Assembly: GCF_009914755.1 (NCBI RefSeq)
Contig: NC_060934.1
Length of the DNA: 64,000 nt
Strand: one strand, 5' to 3'
From: the human T2T-CHM13v2.0 reference genome, Homo sapiens
Within the stretch, counting starts at the first letter, position 1. Each line of letters starts with the position of its first letter. Shown here piece after piece: positions 59,146-64,000 of the stretch. The position numbers were made by a program, and so were the translations under genes. The notes beneath the pieces were generated by a model that ran no database searches, was not told the DNA's origin, and worked only from the letters and a program-made list of their open reading frames with translations.

Positions 59146-60547
59146 CTACTTACGAGAGACTCATTTATCATTTCTCAGCACTGGGAATCTATGGACAGCC
59201 TCAGACTCAGGGATGACACTCCAGTCCAAATCAAGGATCATTTTCAGATTTCAAGATATGTCTAATCAAGTTGCATCTCAGGTAACTGAACCTTGAGAGG
59301 TATCACTCACTGCTTCTAAGAAAAGTGGCCATATAAATTATCAACCTATTGGGATTCTTTTTTTAAGTTAAAGGAGGTATAATTACCCAGGACAACAAAT
59401 GTGATGAAACCCTACAGGCTAAATCAGGCTGAATGTCACCTTAGTTCTCCACATCTTCAGATTCAAGTATTATTTACTGAGCACCTACTACTTGGTAAGC
59501 ACATTTGTTAAGTATCAGCACTTTAAAGGATAATGCAGACATAAGTTAAATTCCAACCTCCATGGTCACAGAAACACTTTCAGAACAACGACATTACAGA
59601 AATCTTAAATCTGCTTCTGGACTCCCAAGGATTTATTTTCCTCTTCTTCTCATATATCTCCATGAATTCTTATTCTGCTACCTGTCAACTTCTGTTCTAT
59701 AATGGGAATTTTTTTTCATTGAAATTTGTAAATTATATTCTAGTGAAATAGGCCCTTATTAGAACATTAGTGATAGAAAAAGGCCTGAAATCCATATTTG
59801 TAGAAAATGATCCTTTCTTTCTCATTGTGTTCCATAGAAGATTCACAGCAATCAAAGGAACTCTTCTCTTTCTCCTCTAGCCATTTTTACTGAAAGCCAT
59901 GTAGCTCGCTATTACTTTAAGGATGTAATCCACACAAATCAAATATCAGCTACTTTCTGAATATGGCAAAACCATGAGTCAATGATATATCTAACTTTGG
60001 AATACATTTCCTATGTGTAAATCAAAAGCCTACAGTCCAAAACCATGCTTTTCCCTCGCTTATAGCCACTCAATTATTTCACTCTACTGTCTAAGAAACC
60101 CTGTCCCAAGTCAAATTCTATTTAAACTCTTTAATTGTGATTTCCGCTAGCAGAGTACTGATGCATTAGTCTCTCCAAATATGTAACCCCTACTTAAACT
60201 TTAAAATGCATACCTCCGGGGAAATCCACTTTACACACTTATGATTTATTATATTGAAATAAGAACAGCTTTTAGCAGGCTTTTTGCCATTACTGGAAGC
60301 CTTTAAAATATTTAGTTCAAGAACAAAACAATCCACGGGTCACAATTTGCCAGAAGTAAATGATGATAGGCAAAGGTTAGGTACGTAGTTGTATATAAAC
60401 TGCAGAGTGAGCAAACACATATTTATTCTTTACCAGTTGTATATTTCTTCTTCAATTAGAATTTTTAGTCAATTGAAAAAAAAATGTCTCCAACTGGAAA
60501 AAAGGGTTGACTTGTATCTTTGAAGAGTTACAATATTTGAAACTCAC

Positions 60548-60608
60548 ATATGGATAGCAATACAAATTTTTCCCACTGAGTTCACTGAAAACGCTTGCAA
60601 AAATCTGC
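60548..60608 (-). other. Candidate internal exon (unverified)
   Basis: Acceptor TTTGCCTCTTCTTTTACCCCAG| and donor TAT|GTGAGT bracket 61 nt of non-repeat sequence. Confidence 0.3.
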
Positions 60609-60871
60609 CTGGGGTAAAAGAAGAGGCAAATCAAATGATTCAGAAGCAAAATACGTTTCATTATAAATACAAATAAGCAGATGCCCTGGTGTCTTGTGAA
60701 GATTTTGCTTTCTTTCCTTCACTGCTAGGGGTTTCCAAGAGCTCCTTCAATCATATAGTTTACCTCCTGCTGCACACACCTTGTCTGCATTTCTGAAATG
60801 CACATGCCTGTCTGGCAAACAGCACTCGTTTCTATACAGAGTCCCTATGGGGGTAAAATCACCATTGAAGT

Positions 60872-61050
60872 CAGTAGTTTTGAACCTTTATTGCACACTT
60901 TAGAATCCTCTATGGGAATAAAAAACTGCTGATACCTGGAACCCATCCCAAACAGATTCAGATTGAATTGATCAGTAGGACCCAACTATGAGAATTTTTA
61001 AAAGCTCTCCAGGTGAATCTAATATGTATCAAGTGTCGAAGGCTACCGAT
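60872..61050. mobile_element. MER5-family MITE
   Basis: cagtagttttgaacctt..ttgcacac..tagaatc...cagattcagattgaattg...tttttaaaagctctccaggtgaatctaatatg. Confidence 0.78.
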
Positions 61051-64000
61051 TCAGATAAAATTTATTTGTAAATGACTTGACAACAAGTGGTTGAAAACGA
61101 ATATGCAGTATGATTCAGAGAGGGGAAACTAGAAGTAAAAATATTCGCAACAGAGGTGATGCAAGTGAAAATGTGAACAACAATGCAAATATTTTAACTA
61201 CTTTAACATTTTTACTGTGATAGGTTGGTGAGGCAGACTCTGGAACAATGCAGAATTCTAACTATAATAACATTTTTTTAAAAAAGGTATATGTAATAAT
61301 TGGGAACTTTTGTTGGGGGGTTTCCTGAGGAAGCTTCAGCTGAGATCTAAAGAATGGGAAAAAATGGACCAGGTAAAGACAGAAAGAGTCCAAGTAGAGA
61401 GATTCCCATGTATGTATCACCTATGTGACAGAAAAGAGCTGGACACGTTTGGTGGACAGAAAGAAGGAAAGTCTGGCTGGAACTGAGGGCAAAAGGGCTA
61501 GAATTTTAACAGGGAGTCAAGGATAACCATGGAAATGTCACATTCAGAGCCTTGCTGAAAGTCTAACTTGACAGTCTGGGGCAGGCAGTGAAAAATGGGT
61601 CATCTAAATGCTGTGAACTCTACTCCCTGGGACATTCATTAATTAATAGCCAAACAGCAAACCACAGGGCATGAGCTATGCTAGCCAACAACCAGAGTTG
61701 TCTAAGTTGTTAAATTCAGCCCCAACATTTATTTTGACCTGACGTGAACAAATTATTTACCATCTCTTTGCTGCATCTGTATAATGCAATTAATAGTGAA
61801 CTTTCCTCCTCAGGCTTACTAGGTAAAGATAAAGTGGTATCACATTTGTTGAGCCCTCATCAATACGACATGCCTAATAAGTGTTGGCCACTCTTATTAG
61901 AACTTAGAAGAGCCCATCAGATAGTCAGAGACACAGACATGAACACAGATACCTCTGATCCAACAGAGAATGTGCTGAGGACCAGGGGGAGCTGAAATAT
62001 AATGCTGGAAGAGCACAGAGTGGAAGGGATTAATTTTGAATCATGGGACCAGGGAGGTCTTCATGGAGAGAGAAGGAGGTGTCTGGGAGAAGCCTTGAAG
62101 AGCACACCACATCACCTTCCTAGTTTCTTCTAGTTTATTTTGCCTACATCAACAGCTCTTTTATCCCTGTTACTTTCCGTGTTCTAAACAACATCAAACT
62201 CAACATCAAATTACTAGTAATCTCTCATGTTAAGCCAGAATTTAGAAGAGAAGCAGAGATCTGGCACAGGGGAAACAGGCATTGATGTAAAGGAATAGAT
62301 AGTGAGTTTAAGTTATACAGGCAGGACTTAATACATGTCCAAAGTTTTCCTAGGTTACTTGCAATGACGATGACTTTGGTACATTTTTATTACTTACAGA
62401 AAGATAATTTTAAAAAACACTTTAAAAAAGCAAAGCCAGTCTTGTATTTTTACCTTTCACCAGTGGGCAGAAAATATTGCTCTGGGCACATGAGTGCTGT
62501 TGTAAGTGTGCTCTGCAGGATTTGAGCAGGTGATAGAACTCATCCATTAATACACAAAGTTCTGCACTTTTTTTCCTACCAGACAGCAGCAACAGCCATT
62601 TGATTCAAAGGGAGGGGAGACCCAACAGAGGGACAAGAGACTAGAAAAATAATACGGCTGAACATTTCTAATTAACACCTGGAGTTACCTTGTGGTTTCT
62701 TCAGAAATAGAGACGAGATCAGGATATACCAGGCACCAGTCTGCTAAGAGCACAGACTAGCTCAGCATGAGCCATGTCAGGACAGAAACGAGGAGACATA
62801 TTCTGTTCAAGGGAGTTTCTATCAGAGCCAGTCCATAACTACCTTTTTTCTTCTGAATACTGAAGTCACCTAAGGGGATTGCTTTGAGAGATTGCCCTTC
62901 TTTACAGACTCCCCTTTGGCAATTTGAGCTCCAGCCACGAAGAAACAAAGCTATTTAATTTCAGAACCCAGTAGTTTCTTTATGACATTTGGCAGAAACA
63001 AAAAGTGAGAAGTTGTAGAATGAGCTGCTTGTAGACATTGGTTGTTACAGGGTAAAAGTGTCGGGGGGGCTTCAATCACAATAAACGTCCTATCAACCAT
63101 TATAAATAATGTGCTCAGGAATGAGAAAGGACCTCAGAAAGGAGCCTAGATGAAGCAATGTACTTTTATGGTTTAGTAAGCTGAGCAATAGGGCAGGACT
63201 CTAGAGATTCTAAACTATCACTATGCCCTGAAAGAACAAGTCATTTACTGAACTCTGCTCTTTTGCCTCATTGGGAAAGCATGAAGCACGATCACTGCCC
63301 CACCTTGCAGGGTGACGCAGAAGGAGAGCTAGGAGCCATCCATGTGCAAGACATAGATATAATGTCCTTCTCTTGCCACTGAGCTTTCCTTTTAATTTTA
63401 ATTGTTCTCTGCCAATTTCTGAGAAAGAGAATGAGGTGTCATGTATTCTGGAGGCACAGAAACTTGGCTTTGCAGAAGGCAGCAACTTATGAGGACAGAG
63501 GAAAACTATCTCTTATCATATAATTAGCACATAACCATCGATAGCTAATTCAAACACTTATGGAAAGCAAAATAACATTTCTCTTTCTCACTCAACCACT
63601 TATAAGTGATAAAAAGCAAGAGGACAAGAAATGGGGAGATAAGTTAATTCAATTTGCAAATGCAATGGTAAAACGTGTTCTCTGCTCACCCAAACTTCTT
63701 CCAAGACAGACAGAGAAAGTCAGAGTTCTGTGTCTAACTTTACTATAATTTTACAGTAAATAACCCTAACCCAGTAATGTAGGAGAGGTTCATGTCACCA
63801 ATAGGCCAGGTAATGGATATATTTCAAACAAGACAATTTAAGCTGAGTTTATGTTCATTCCCTATTTATGCCTGTCCCCCTTTCAGCGTGCCCTGGATGG
63901 CTTTCTTGTCACCGTGTGCACGGAGACTTTCCTGATTGGCTTTAACATCCAGTTCCCGCTTTCTAAATCCTCAATTGCTTGACCACTGACCTTTCCCTGT

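Overview
Primate (most likely human or great ape) AT-rich, CpG-poor genomic DNA with no recognisable protein-coding exon, no CpG island and no intact RNA gene. It is intronic or intergenic. I could not name the locus. About 30 Alu/Alu-monomer copies (J, S and Y ages) are present, along with two young 5'-truncated L1PA 3' ends, older L1M, L2, MIR and CR1/L3 fragments, solo LTRs (THE1C-like, MSTA/THE1D-like, MST, MLT1, MER34-like), hAT and Tigger DNA-transposon derivatives (MER5, MER96, MER102, MER117, MER2) and microsatellites. The listed ORFs are Alu- or L1-derived or chance open frames. Most L1s and about two thirds of Alus lie on the + strand, which hints at a host transcript on the - strand. 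I found no convincing new multi-gene system. The best observations are non-canonical insertion and repair scars: a tailless U2 snRNA retrocopy, a tailless Alu with a TSD, a palindromic filler replacing a MIR core, an Alu with 5' filler, a TSD-less L1PA and a dispersed ~100-bp duplication. There is also a readable CR1 reverse-transcriptase fossil, several candidate cryptic exons and a few candidate enhancers. Repeat subfamily calls are made by eye from remembered consensus features, and boundaries of old repeats are approximate.
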